Positions 52,845 to 64,000 of a stretch of DNA of 64,000 nucleotides are shown piece after piece. Both the position numbers and the translations under genes were made by a program. The DNA comes from the human T2T-CHM13v2.0 reference genome, Homo sapiens: assembly GCF_009914755.1 (NCBI RefSeq), contig NC_060925.1; one strand, 5' to 3'. Every line of letters starts with the position of its first letter. Positions within the stretch are counted from its first letter, which is position 1. The notes below the pieces were generated by a model. It was not told the DNA's origin. It made no database searches and was given only the letters and a program-made list of their open reading frames with translations.

Positions 52845-52970
52845 CACATTTGGAATATAAGCTCAGCTAAAACAGAGTCCTTGCCTATCTTTTTCACTGC
52901 TTTATCTGCAGTATGTAAAACATTTTCTGTTCACAGTGGATACTCAATAAATGTTTGTTAAATGACTAGA
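52845..52970 (+). mobile_element. L2 3' end
   Basis: gaatataagctc..tttttcactgct..tactcaataaatgtttgttaaatga. Confidence 0.7.
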
Positions 52971-55434
52971 AGAGAATAAAGCATTCCTATTTATTCACTT
53001 AAAACTAAGCAGTGATCAACTGTATCTGTAGGCCTCTGTGCAAACAACTTATTAGACTGTTTTAACTGCTTGTATTTTATGTTACTTCTAAACTCTATAT
53101 CCTAATGATTATGTTTGATCACCTGTATAAAAATATATGTAAGAATGTGTAATTCTTGCCACATAACTCATTATTTAAAAACTTAAAAACACCCAAGAAG
53201 TAATCTCTTAGATATCACTATCTAAGTGATACCTAGATCTGCTCACAGGTCTAGGAAATACTGCTGTGTACTATTGTCACTTGCACCCTTGCAGTAACCC
53301 CTGAGCCACCACAACAAGGATTCAAGAAGCCCCAGTATCGCCACAGAACTCCCTGGCTCCCCTTTAGTGATTAACAACATTCTCCCCCTTTCCACTGGTC
53401 ACCTTGATCAGACTTTTCCAGTTCTCATCCTGTTCTCTATGGAGAACTTGGAATATAGGAGATACACAACATGGAATATGAAATATGGAAACCACTTGTC
53501 AAGAGTTTGATAAGTAGCAGAGATATGCTTCACTCTAAGCAGTGTTGGTAAATGAATCAGTGTTCGCAGATACTTCATACACATCAGAGCATGTAGACAG
53601 CTTTACTAACTGTATCACAACAGGTAAGCATGAACCTGTACAGGAAAGGAAGTGGAGCAAAAAGAGATGTGAAAAGGAGGAAAGACAAAGAAAATGAAGG
53701 AGTGAGAGCTTAAAGGAGGAACCTAGAGTAGTACAGTAATAAGTCAAAAAGTTTAATTTCTCATTTCTCAGAGGTGCCAGTTTAAATTCAGGCTCTCTAA
53801 ATGCTTTTAAAATTGATAGGCACTTTTAAACATGAAAACAGCCAAAATGGGCCATTTTCTTACTGAGCTGCACGGACCATTTCTCACCAGGCTCCTCCAG
53901 CTGCCTCCAACAATGTTGCCCATCAGCAAGCAGCTCCTGGGATTGGGTTACAAACAGGTCTGCAGCACCTGCCACAGCCTGCCATTTAAAACTACTGCAA
54001 AAGAATGTTTTCTTCTCTCTGGGCTTAGTCTGCAAGCCAAAGAAAAGCAAAAAATTCAACTTAAAAAATTTAATAGGTAGATATAGGTGAATTTATTTTA
54101 ATATTTCAACTATTTTCTCTTTTTTCCTATTTTGAACTAAAATTTATAGGCCAGGAATCTTTCTTAGAACTTTAGTCCTTTAACAATTTCCCCTCCAGAG
54201 CTAGCACAGACAGGTTGTCTGATTGTCTCTTTTTTGTACTGAGTGCAAAACAAACAAGCTTCCATCACTGCAAATGTCGCTAGTGTTTCCCTAAATATAA
54301 GCTCAAGTTACCTATGTATTTTATTTATGGTTCACTTCTAAAACAATTTGGACAGCATATGTTTCATGAGATGCAGTGTAAGAAACATTGTAAAATGAAA
54401 TTTCCCTGTCTTAATTAATGAAGCATCCTGGTAGAATACTTTAGATTTATTAACAATTAAACCACCTCATTGAGACATTTCATAAAATTGAAGATATGGA
54501 GACCCAACTATAGTGGTGATATCATTTGCTATTACTGTTAGAACAGAACTTAGGAAAGCAGAGCCTTTGTTTAAAAACAGCCTGCAGTTACGTGTACCAT
54601 TTAATGCAGACTTATGGTCAGGTTAATGAATTTCCCAGTTCATATATATATTTTTACTAGGCTGCCTTCATCTGGGAATGCATAGATAAAAAAAAGGAAA
54701 TTATTTATTTTTTTTCTCTTCACGTAACATAAAGTATAGATGAGTTATTTTAAGGGGTGAGTATACTACACTCTATATTTTCTGTGATGTAAATTAATGA
54801 TATAAAGTTCCTAAAGGAATTACATTGATATATTTAATAATACTGCATCTTGCAATACTAAGTAGTTAAAGGAGGGGAAGAGAGAGGAAAGGGAGTATGA
54901 AGTATCTGTATAATGTCTTAATTCCACTTAAGTAATCATATAAAACAGAAAAAAGGGGGAGCACGCAGGATAAATAGAGAAAAAAACATATTGCATATTT
55001 CAGTGAGAAAAGTACTAGATAAGCAGTGCGTTTGTTTGTATTTTTCAAATCTGTCTTTAGCCTAATGTTAAGACTCCTTAGAAAACAGCAGAATAATGGG
55101 AAACTCTAATTTTTATATTAGACAAATAATTGCTATTATAACAGATTCTCTTGAAATTAATTTTCTCCTAAATAGTTAATATGTTCTACTATATGAATTT
55201 CTACTGCATTTGTAAATAACTTGCTTTATTTGCAGGAGTTAGGGGAAGTTGGAAAAGTTCCAAGACATTTTAAGCCTCTGCCCTCGGGAAGCCCACAGCC
55301 TCATGGTCTCTGGAATTGGCTAATTTCCCCTCCATCTTGCCCCATAACATATCTTGTATGTGTTATGTGCCTCTCCTCTCCCCTCAAATCCTACCTCCCT
55401 GCCCTCAACAGGGTACTATAAAAAGAGTACTTCG

Positions 55435-56912
55435 TGCTCCTTTCCTAAAGGTAAAACCAATACATTTTGAAATAAAAGTTCTTCATAGATGCTGTAGGTA
55501 ATGGGTAGAGAAGAGCTCCCACCATCTTAGACTATTGCCTTCTCACCATTCCTGCTGGGGTCCTTCCCAAGCATTGATTGCTCTTTTGAAGAAAACTGCC
55601 TTTCTATTTCAGTTTTTAAAAATCAAAGGTTTCAGAAACAGACTCCTTCCTGAATTCCTGCTCCACCACCAGGTAGCTCTGTGATCTTAATTAAGCTACT
55701 TTGCCTGCAGAATTTCAGTTTTCTCACCTGCAAAATAGGAATAATAAAAAGAGAAAGAGAGAGAACAGCAGAATAAGGGGAAGATTTAGCTTTTAAATTT
55801 TGAGAAAACATTTCTCAAACATTATAGCATTCTTCTCTTTCTCTTTTTAAAAAAGTTACTTCTAATGTATATTTCCAAAGCTCCCCAAGGGTTTTTGTTC
55901 AGTTCACAATCTTTCAATTATTAAGCATTGGGCATCCCATGTATGCACTCTGAGTTTCTGCCTTCTTCCTCCTGCTTTGTTTGCTACTGATGCATTGGCC
56001 CGAATTACCATCACGTTCAGAGTTAAGAGTAAGGAAAATAAACAACTGCATTCAAAATCATAAGAACAGTAGCCAAACTATCATTTATGTTTCACAAACA
56101 CACTTCTCCTTAAAACCAGTTGCTATTCTTCACAAAACTTCAGTAATTTTCTTCTTCCTTTTACATTTTCTCAGAACCCACCTTCTCATCTCATGTCATT
56201 CCTGATAACCACACCATGCAACAAGTCTGCCCATTGGTTTCTGTCTCAAAGTAAATCCTTCTTTTATTCTTTTATTGCATCTTTTCTTTATTTGAAGCAT
56301 CTTGCTTGTGACATAATATGTCACAATAAATTTTGTCATCAAGAAAGCATCTCAAATGTAAGGACAACATTAACACATAATGAAAAACTAAATATATAGA
56401 AAAAAACTTATTTGAACCATCCATAAAAGCTCTTTTTTCCTCTCCAAGCCATTTTAACACATTTTTATTTGCATTTTGCAATTTATATAGTTGCCAACTT
56501 AAGCCAAGCATACTCAGGAAAAGTTAGGTTTCAGTGGGTTCAAACTGGGAAATATCTATTTCAGCTTTTCAGCTCTGCTCACTCCAGGTAGGGATGCCAG
56601 ACTCACACAAATCAACAAGCAGCCACATGGTGACCAAATGGACCATGCTTCTCAGCATCATTTCAAGATGGCACAAGGTGGGGTGTAAGATAGAGAGCAA
56701 TGTTGAAGGAACTGTGCTCTTTTCTCAAAGGTAAAACCAATGCATTTTGAAATAAAAGTTCTGAGTAGGTGGTATAGGTAACAGGCAGAGAAGAGCTCCT
56801 ACCATCTTAGACTGTTGCCTTCTTCTCACCATTCCTGCTAGGGTCCTTCCCAAGCATTGGTTGCTCTTTTGAAGAAAACTGCCTTTCTAATCCAGTCTTT
56901 AAAAAATCAAAG
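55435..56912 (+). repeat. ~195-bp direct duplication (55435-55628 and 56715-56912)
   Basis: aaaggtaaaaccaat.cattttgaaataaaagttct..agagctcc.accatcttagact..gaagaaaactgcctttcta in both copies; roughly 85-90% identical. Confidence 0.9.
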
Positions 56913-58917
56913 ATGTTCACCTTCTTGCCCAAGTAATTCATGCCTAATCGTAATGCCAAAGAGAGTCTCAATTCAGGCATTTTGTGTTCTTCTCTCGCAT
57001 TGGTGCTATTGTCCTGTGTTGTATGTAGCTGGGGAAGAAAAAAGGCCCTCCACATGGAAGCAAGTTTGTCAGAAACTTGCTCAGAGCTGGTAATTGAGGA
57101 TAAGGAGGCCTTCCTTTGGAGCCATGACCCTTTCCTCTCACTATGAGGATGCATTCGGTGTAAAATTGGTTCATCTGTGACCAAATCCAAAAGGCTTAGT
57201 TATCAAACTAAATGATTTCTTTAAAAGTGATTCATGCATGAATTGACAGCACAGTGCCGCAGAAGCACTCCCAGATCACACAACATTGAAGTAGCATGTC
57301 CTACAGTGAAGAACTGGTTGGAGCTGGAAGGAGCCCGGGTTGTCATCCCAAGTCTATATCTGAAAAATGATGGACCTTAGATAAGTCAGTTACTCAGGAC
57401 CAAGCCTCTCCTTTAAAATGCTGACAATAATGGATGCCGACTTCTAGCTTACAGTGGTGTTTTATGTAAAACACAATGACCTTTTGAGAAAATAAGACTC
57501 TAGGAAAGAAAAGAGCTCTGTAAACTCAGGATTCAAATATCATTAAGTATTCATTGATGTTATTAAAAACAGATTAGATCAATAATGTATCTAGCATCAT
57601 CCAGGATAATTTATGAAAAGTAGTATATGGAGTCCCTATATCTCAAAACAAGTTGAAATTACTTAAAAGTGTCCTGATAGAGGTTTAAATTTTTAGGATA
57701 GGCTAGATTGCAATATGTTTGAAAGGATCCCTAAGGGCAGAAATTCTAGATTCCCAGTAGAAACCATACTCTGACTTCTTCATCAAATAGGGAATTTCCA
57801 AACCTACAGGGGAATAGAAAGGAAGTCCAGTACAGACTTGATTGCTTTGTGCTCTTTAAGTGATATTCTTTAGTTGCCACACTGATGTGATTAAGATGTA
57901 TTAGGCACACTTCTGTGCCTTTTGGGGGTTTAAGGGAGGACTCTTTAAAGCGAATGTATGACCACATTTGATCAATTCATGGGGAGAGTGGACCATACAC
58001 ATGATGGCTTCAGATATATTCTTAAATGAGATAGTACAGTATAATGCAATCTGGTCTAGTGCAAGATTTGGCAATCTTTCAGAAGAGAGGAGTGATAAAT
58101 TGCTGAGTACTGGCCTTGGGGGAAACAAGGAGTTTAACTAGAGAAAGCAAGAGGCACAAAGAAGGTCTCTTTGCTAAGAAACACCTCGCTGATTTGAGTT
58201 TCATTTGCATTAAACATTCTCCTTGTAAAATACAAATATTCCTCGAGGAGGAGTTACTTTGATCAGCTCAATTTCTGGCTTGATATGGATGAGTCGGAAA
58301 CTGAGAGGAGTTTTGCTATAGGACTGGTGGAGTGATGGGAGGAAAGATCATTTGGAACATGAGTCACTTTAAAGGCAGCCAGATCTGATGGATGTAATGC
58401 TTAAGGGACTGTGTACAGCCCAGGGCAGCAATGAGAGGGGGCACCAGGAAGAGGAAGGGGAGTCAAACCGTGGGAGATGTACTTTATCAACCAGGCAATA
58501 TTTTCTAGTACAACTGGCTGGGGGCATTGAACATTATTCCCCGTGATTCCTTGGTCTCCATTGTGGCAGGATACTGACTCTTATTCTGTTTGAAAGAACA
58601 CAAAGTTAAGAGTTCAAAGACATGGGCTTGGCTTTCTCAGTGTGAGTAGTCCATTTGCCACATTTCTTTTGCCTGACTCATCCTGTACCTCTGCCAGGTA
58701 GAATGATTGAGACCTGCTCCTGCCACTCTTACCAAGGCACTTTGAGAATAAATGAGTAAATTTCTTTGTTAAGCAAATTTGATGCCCAAATCTGAGGAAT
58801 GCTAAGATTTAAAATAATAAGTGAAAACTTCAAGAGACTGATGTTCTTGTAGCCTCTTTGGGCTAATAAGAGTAGGCTGGTTACATGCATATGTTTAAGA
58901 AATTAGAGTCTTGGTAC

Positions 58918-59348
58918 TGTTAAAGCAAACTAAATATGGCCTGAGAATGACTCTATACTTCTACATTTGAGTCCTTGTGGATGAACCATAACCTAGCTTA
59001 ATAGGCAGACAAAATTGAAAATTTAACATAGTAGTATGCACCTGTAACAATAGCTGAGTGTTGGCCAATCCCAGCGGCCATACTTCAACCACTTATACAC
59101 TGCTGGGTGTTCAAACTGTGTTCAAATAAGGCAAAACCTGAGCTGTAACCAATCCAGCTGTTCTGTACCTCACTTCCAATTTCCGTATATCATTTCCCCT
59201 TTTTGTCTATAAATCTTCTTCCACCTAGTGGCTCGCTGGAGTCTCTGTGAATCTGCTGTGATTCTGGGGGGGCTGCCCAATGTGCAAATTGTTCATTGCT
59301 CAATTAAACTCCTCGACATTTAATTCAGCTGAAGTTTTTCTCTTATCA
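58918..59348 (+). mobile_element. ERV1 solo LTR (MER57-type)
   Basis: TG..CA termini, 4-bp TSD gtac (58914-58917 / 59349-59352); tgttaaagcaaactaaatatggcctgagaa start; CCAAT boxes and TATAAA. Confidence 0.85.
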
Positions 59349-59369
59349 GTACCTACAAACAATATTCTT

Positions 59370-59661
59370 TTTTTTTTTTGAGACGGAGTCTCGCTCTGTT
59401 GCCCAGGCTGGAGTGCAGTGGCATGATCTCGGCTCACCACAACCTCCGCCTCCAAGGTACAAGCGATCCTCCTGCCTCAGCCCCGTTAGTAGCTGTGATT
59501 ACAGGCACGTGCCACTATGCCCGGCTAATTTTTGTAGTTTTAGTAGAGACGGGGTTTCACCATGTTGGCCAGGCTGGTATCAAACTCCTGACCTCAGGTG
59601 ATCCACCCGCCTCAGCCTCCCAAAGTGCTGGGATTACAGGCGTGAGCCACCATGCCCAGCC
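59370..59661 (-). mobile_element. AluS
   Basis: 17-bp TSD ctacaaacaatattctt at 59353-59369 and 59663-59679. Confidence 0.95.
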
Positions 59662-59789
59662 TCTACAAACAATATTCTTAGAAAAAAAAATAAAGCTGTC
59701 TTCTGCATAATAGAAAGCAAACATAATTTTATTAGGGATCTAGAACCCTTTCTGGGAAGTCACAGAGAATGGGATCAGCAGAAGACGAC

Positions 59790-59975
59790 TGATACTTCAT
59801 GCCAGGTAGACTGCTAAGATCGTATACATTATCTCATGTAATCTTCACTGTAATCTAAAAGAAATGCTATTAGCGTACCTATTTAATAGATTAGGAAACC
59901 AAGGCATAATGAATATCTGGCCCAGATACCATAGCCTGTAAATGCTGAAGCCAGAATTCAAATACAGATACTGTC
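59790..59975 (-). mobile_element. MIR SINE
   Basis: atgccagg..cattatctcatgtaatcttcac..aggaaaccaaggca..gccagaattcaaatacag. Confidence 0.7.
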
Positions 59976-59987
59976 ACTTTTTCATTA

Positions 59988-60190
59988 AAGGGCTAGATCA
60001 TAAATATTTTTAGCTTTGCAGATCATACAGCCTGCAGATCACAGCCATTCAATTCTGCCATGGCAGTGAGAAAGTAGACAGACAATATGGCAATGAATGA
60101 GTGTGGCTATGTCAATAAAACTTTATTTACAAAAACAGGTAGTTGGCTACCTGGATTTGGCTCCTGGCCCTAGTGTGTCAACCCCAGCTA
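59988..60190. mobile_element. MER58A hAT MITE
   Basis: aagggctagatcataaatattttta..caataaaactttatttacaaaaacagg..ggatttggc. Confidence 0.75.
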
Positions 60191-61942
60191 TTGACCATTA
60201 TTATATGATACTGCCTCTTACTATATATAATTTCAAGCTGAAATTATTTGGTTGCTTCTGTACGTTGGTTGTTATTTAGTACACACTGACCTCTTTGTTA
60301 TTCTGTTAAGTAGCCCAAGATGATGATGTATTGAAAATGTATGGCTTCCTTTTGTGAAAGCTTAGGTTTTACCAATCACCTGTTGGGGCATCTCATCATT
60401 TATCTCTCAGAAATAGAAGCACAGAGGCTATATTTTATACCTGCTCAGTCATCTAAGGCTGTTGACTAGCAAGAAAACACACTCTGTTGACTCAAAATCC
60501 TGCCCCACATAGAGCATCCAGCTTGGTTGTTAGGGTATTTGTTTCTAAAGATCAAGCAACAATATAATACACTCTGATGATCCAGAACAGATGTGGGGAT
60601 AAAGCCTAAGCTGAAAATATTCCTGGGGAACTTAAACTAGGATCAGAGGCATTTCCACCAGGCACGTGGCAAGTTGTAGTTTGGAAAATGTGCTCTGTCT
60701 TGTATGACTTCAGTGTCCCACTGAGCTCCCCACCTTTGACATAGTTGCAATGAGAGAAGGTTGGATTTGCAAGTGGTATTGACCTCGTTGCCAAGGGAAG
60801 TAAAGGAGATTTGGTTCCACTCTCCATCCCTAAATGTGACGGCAGGGAAAGGGCCCCTGAAAAAAAAAAAAAAAATGAAGCTGACCCCAGTATGCTTGCT
60901 ACAATTTGGTGCTTGTGTATTTGTATCTCTTTTCTTCACTACCTCTACTTTGAAGATGATTGTATTCATTTTGTTTGGGTGCTATATTCCATGCCTAAAT
61001 CCCAGAGAAGGCATTAACAAAGTGTTGGTACTGACAGACTGACAAAGATGTTGGCCTACTCACCAGTCCCTAAATCATATGAGCATTTAACTGTTATAGT
61101 TAGGTTTGTGGGTTCTCTTTTCTCTATTCATATTCTATTTCTCTCTCCCTCCCTCTGTCCCTCTTTCTCTCTTAGTCACTACCTAGTTACCTTGTTTCTA
61201 TAGCTACTAATAGCAGAGCTACCCTCGAAACTATAATGGAGTTTGCCTCTCCTATTCTTATTTTAAAGAAAATAGAAAATTGAGTACTTTAAAACTTAGT
61301 GAATTTCTGCTTTTTAATTGCTCTGCTTCTGATGGAAAATCCACTTTACCCTACCTGATTTTATATCACTGGAAATGGGACTGGCATCGTATCTACATTT
61401 AGATTATGGGACAGATAGAGTTATCTTTTTTGAACTGAATTCTAGAAAATAAATCATTGTTCTCATTTCCAAAAGGAAGTAGTAGATAATAAAACCTACA
61501 TGTATTTGCACAATTTTTTTTAGATACTCTGAATTAAGAGAAAATGCATTATTCACTTTAGCAATTCCAAATTTCAATTAAATTTCCCTTTTAAAAATAG
61601 TGCCACTGAATGTATTACAAGTAAAAGTGTCCCCACTTTTTGCCTGGAGGCAGAAAGTGTTTAACAAATTTATGATAAAGCAATTTTTTTTCTATCAATC
61701 AATCCCTAGAGGGCATTAACTGCTCTTAGGAAGTTTATTGCAGAAGATGACACAACCGACGTGCACAAAAAAACAGTAAGCATGCTGTGAAGTGGAGGAG
61801 GAAATGGAACACTCTAACATCACATCCCGGCCATACCAAGGTCCATTGACCCTGTATTCTTTCCAGATAATTAATTTACTACACATTAAACCTCGATGTG
61901 AAGAAGGCTGTTGTGCATCAATTGTGTCGGAATAAAAAGTGT

Positions 61943-62118
61943 TATTGATTTAGGATTTCTATTGTATCATGTGCTGACAGAAAAAACAACAACAATCAAG
62001 TTACATCTCATAGATGGAACAAACCTGTGCTATTGATTTAGGATTTCTATTGTATCATGTGCTGACAGAAAAAACAACAACAATCAAGTTACATCTCATA
62101 GATGGAACAAACCTGTGC
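61943..62118 (+). repeat. Perfect 88-bp tandem duplication
   Basis: 61943-62030 is identical to 62031-62118. Confidence 0.95.
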
Positions 62119-62574
62119 TGAAGGACGAAATTGCTAAATAAGTGCACTCTGGAACACACTTAGCTGAAGCGGCACTGCCTGAAAGGGGTTCTGCAGGGTG
62201 AACTAGGAGGCATAATTAGAACCAACTGAAGTGTCTAATATTGATAGATAAGCACTCTAGAAATCAGATTTTGGGATGTGCTAATGATCCTCTTTACAGT
62301 AAAGGTCTAAAATAGCCCACTGCCCTCTGCCAAATCCAACCATTAATATTTATTAAATAAAATATGAGTGTACCATTAATTTTAAACAACTGACATAAAT
62401 CGAAGCTTTCTCCTATTTGAAGCACAAAAATTATAAGGATGAGGCCACACAAGATTGAAGTCATGATGTTTTATAGATACTGAAAGAACTGGTTATCGAT
62501 TTTAAAAATCAAGTGGCCTCATTAACTAATATAACTTGCATATGGCGAGAAAGAAAAGACAATGAACAAAAATG

Positions 62575-62735
62575 TTTGGGTTCAAATCCCCAGTAACCAA
62601 GAGCAAGTCACTTAACTTCTCTGAAGGCACAACAGTCACATCTGTAAAGCAGAAACAGTAACACTCACTCTACTTACTCATAGGGCTAATAAAATAAATG
62701 CGATAATGCATGAAAGTGATTGCAAATATTATTCA
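62575..62735 (+). mobile_element. MIR SINE
   Basis: tgggttcaaatccc..gcaagtcacttaacttctctga..catctgtaaa. Confidence 0.7.
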
Positions 62736-62782
62736 GTTCTATTCAAATATGTTATTGAAATTATTTTACTTCAATAACATAT

Positions 62783-62839
62783 TTTTTTGCCGTTACTTTC
62801 AGTGGCAAAAACCACAATTACTTTTGCATCAACCTAATA
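62783..62839. mobile_element. Truncated MADE1 (Hsmar1-derived MITE)
   Basis: tttttgccgttactttcagtggcaaaaaccacaattacttttgcatcaacctaa; one TIR end is missing. Confidence 0.8.
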
Positions 62840-63349
62840 TTTGAAAAAAATGATTTTTAAAAAGAATGCAATGATAAGGAGGACCTTTTCCCCTTGGGTG
62901 ACACATTCTAAACATTTTTTTTTAACATATCACAAATCTCCATTTTTCCTAAGTGGTTTACAATAACTTAATTTAGCCTGAAAGTACTTATTTGAGGTTT
63001 AAAAAAAGGTAGGACAAGATGGAGGTGCAAAAATCAGTGACAGTGCAAAATACTCTTTAGAAGGCATTAACTACTCTTAAAAATGTGAACACCCATAATT
63101 TCATGGGACAAAGCAACATGACCTGAATTCTTTCTCTAATTCAAGGCACTCTGTGTATTAATAGGACTTCCTCACATGTAATATCTGAAATATTTTTTCT
63201 TGTTTTATATACCATCCAAATACCTTTTTCACATGTAGCATTTTCAAATCTGTAGTAGAAAGTTGATTGATGGGATGGACCATCAATATGTAGTTATACT
63301 GATCCCTCACAAGTTATTCCTATAATAAAAATAGAATTGCTATAAGCTT

Positions 63350-63567
63350 CAGTGTTTAATATGATACCCACTAGCCACATGTGGATATTTAAATGTAAAT
63401 TAATTAAAATTATAAAACTGAAAATTCAGTTCCTCAGTTAGCCTAGCCATATTTCAAGTGCTCAACAGCCACACTAGTCACACAATAGCTGACTAGTGCC
63501 TTCTGCATTGGACAGCGCAAATATAGAATATGTCTATCCTCACAGAAAGTTCCAGTAGACTGCACTA
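63350..63567. mobile_element. MER3-type hAT MITE
   Basis: ctagccacatgtgg..aaaattcagttcctcagt..atttcaagtgctcaa..ggacagcgca. Confidence 0.75.
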
Positions 63568-64000
63568 CTACAGAGGGTCTTTGAAATCAGAGACCCAGCT
63601 CACATCACTAGGTATCAAACCTTTTTTTTTTTTTTTGGCATAAGCTATCCTCACTCTTAACCAAGGAACACTGTGAAGTTCTGCTCTTCCAGCTCTTTGA
63701 AGCCTGAGTTTCTTGCAGGGTGTGAAACAGTTAAATTGTTTTGCTTTGTTTTTTACCACCAGTCTCAGCACCTAGTTGGAGGACCATGCTTATGAGGGTA
63801 GTAGAATTTATGCAATGCAAAAAAATGTAGAAATGTTCACTGAGTGAACAAAGGGTCTGCCTAGGTTTTCTGGGGTCCACCTTCCAAATGGGATCCTAAA
63901 ACTTAGGTGACTTTTCTTTTGGAAAGGTAAATACACTTCACTTAATGGGTAAATTGTTATGTCCACCATATTAACTGACTCAGTGGAATCACAGAGAAAT

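Noticed and set aside
55435-56912. Direct repeats as paired LTRs of a small retroelement
   Set aside because: No TG..CA termini, TSD, PBS or PPT seen.

Overview
AT-rich primate (human-like) genomic DNA dominated by interspersed repeats: L1, Alu, L2, MIR, MaLR/ERVL/ERV1 solo LTRs and hAT/Tigger/mariner fossils. I found no intact protein-coding gene; most ORFs in the track derive from Alu or L1 or are chance ORFs. The main result is a heavily decayed multi-exon gene fossil on the minus strand (~6703 down to ~545, running off the left edge). My hand translation across stops and frameshifts gives two N-terminal CARD-like domains. These are followed by a SAMD9-like module in colinear order: AlbA_2/Schlafen-like nuclease, SIR2-like region and STAND P-loop NTPase. 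Ancient MER5A and LTR33 elements interrupt its first exon, suggesting loss early in eutherian evolution. Other notable items are a 5'-truncated L1PA with a ~0.6 kb 3' transduction, a RIDA (HRSP12/UK114) processed pseudogene nested in an ERVL LTR, and a ~400 bp inverted duplication. There are also several local duplications with fold-back junctions and a CpG-rich promoter-like patch at ~47 kb. Protein similarities and repeat subfamily names come from memory and manual alignment, not database searches.
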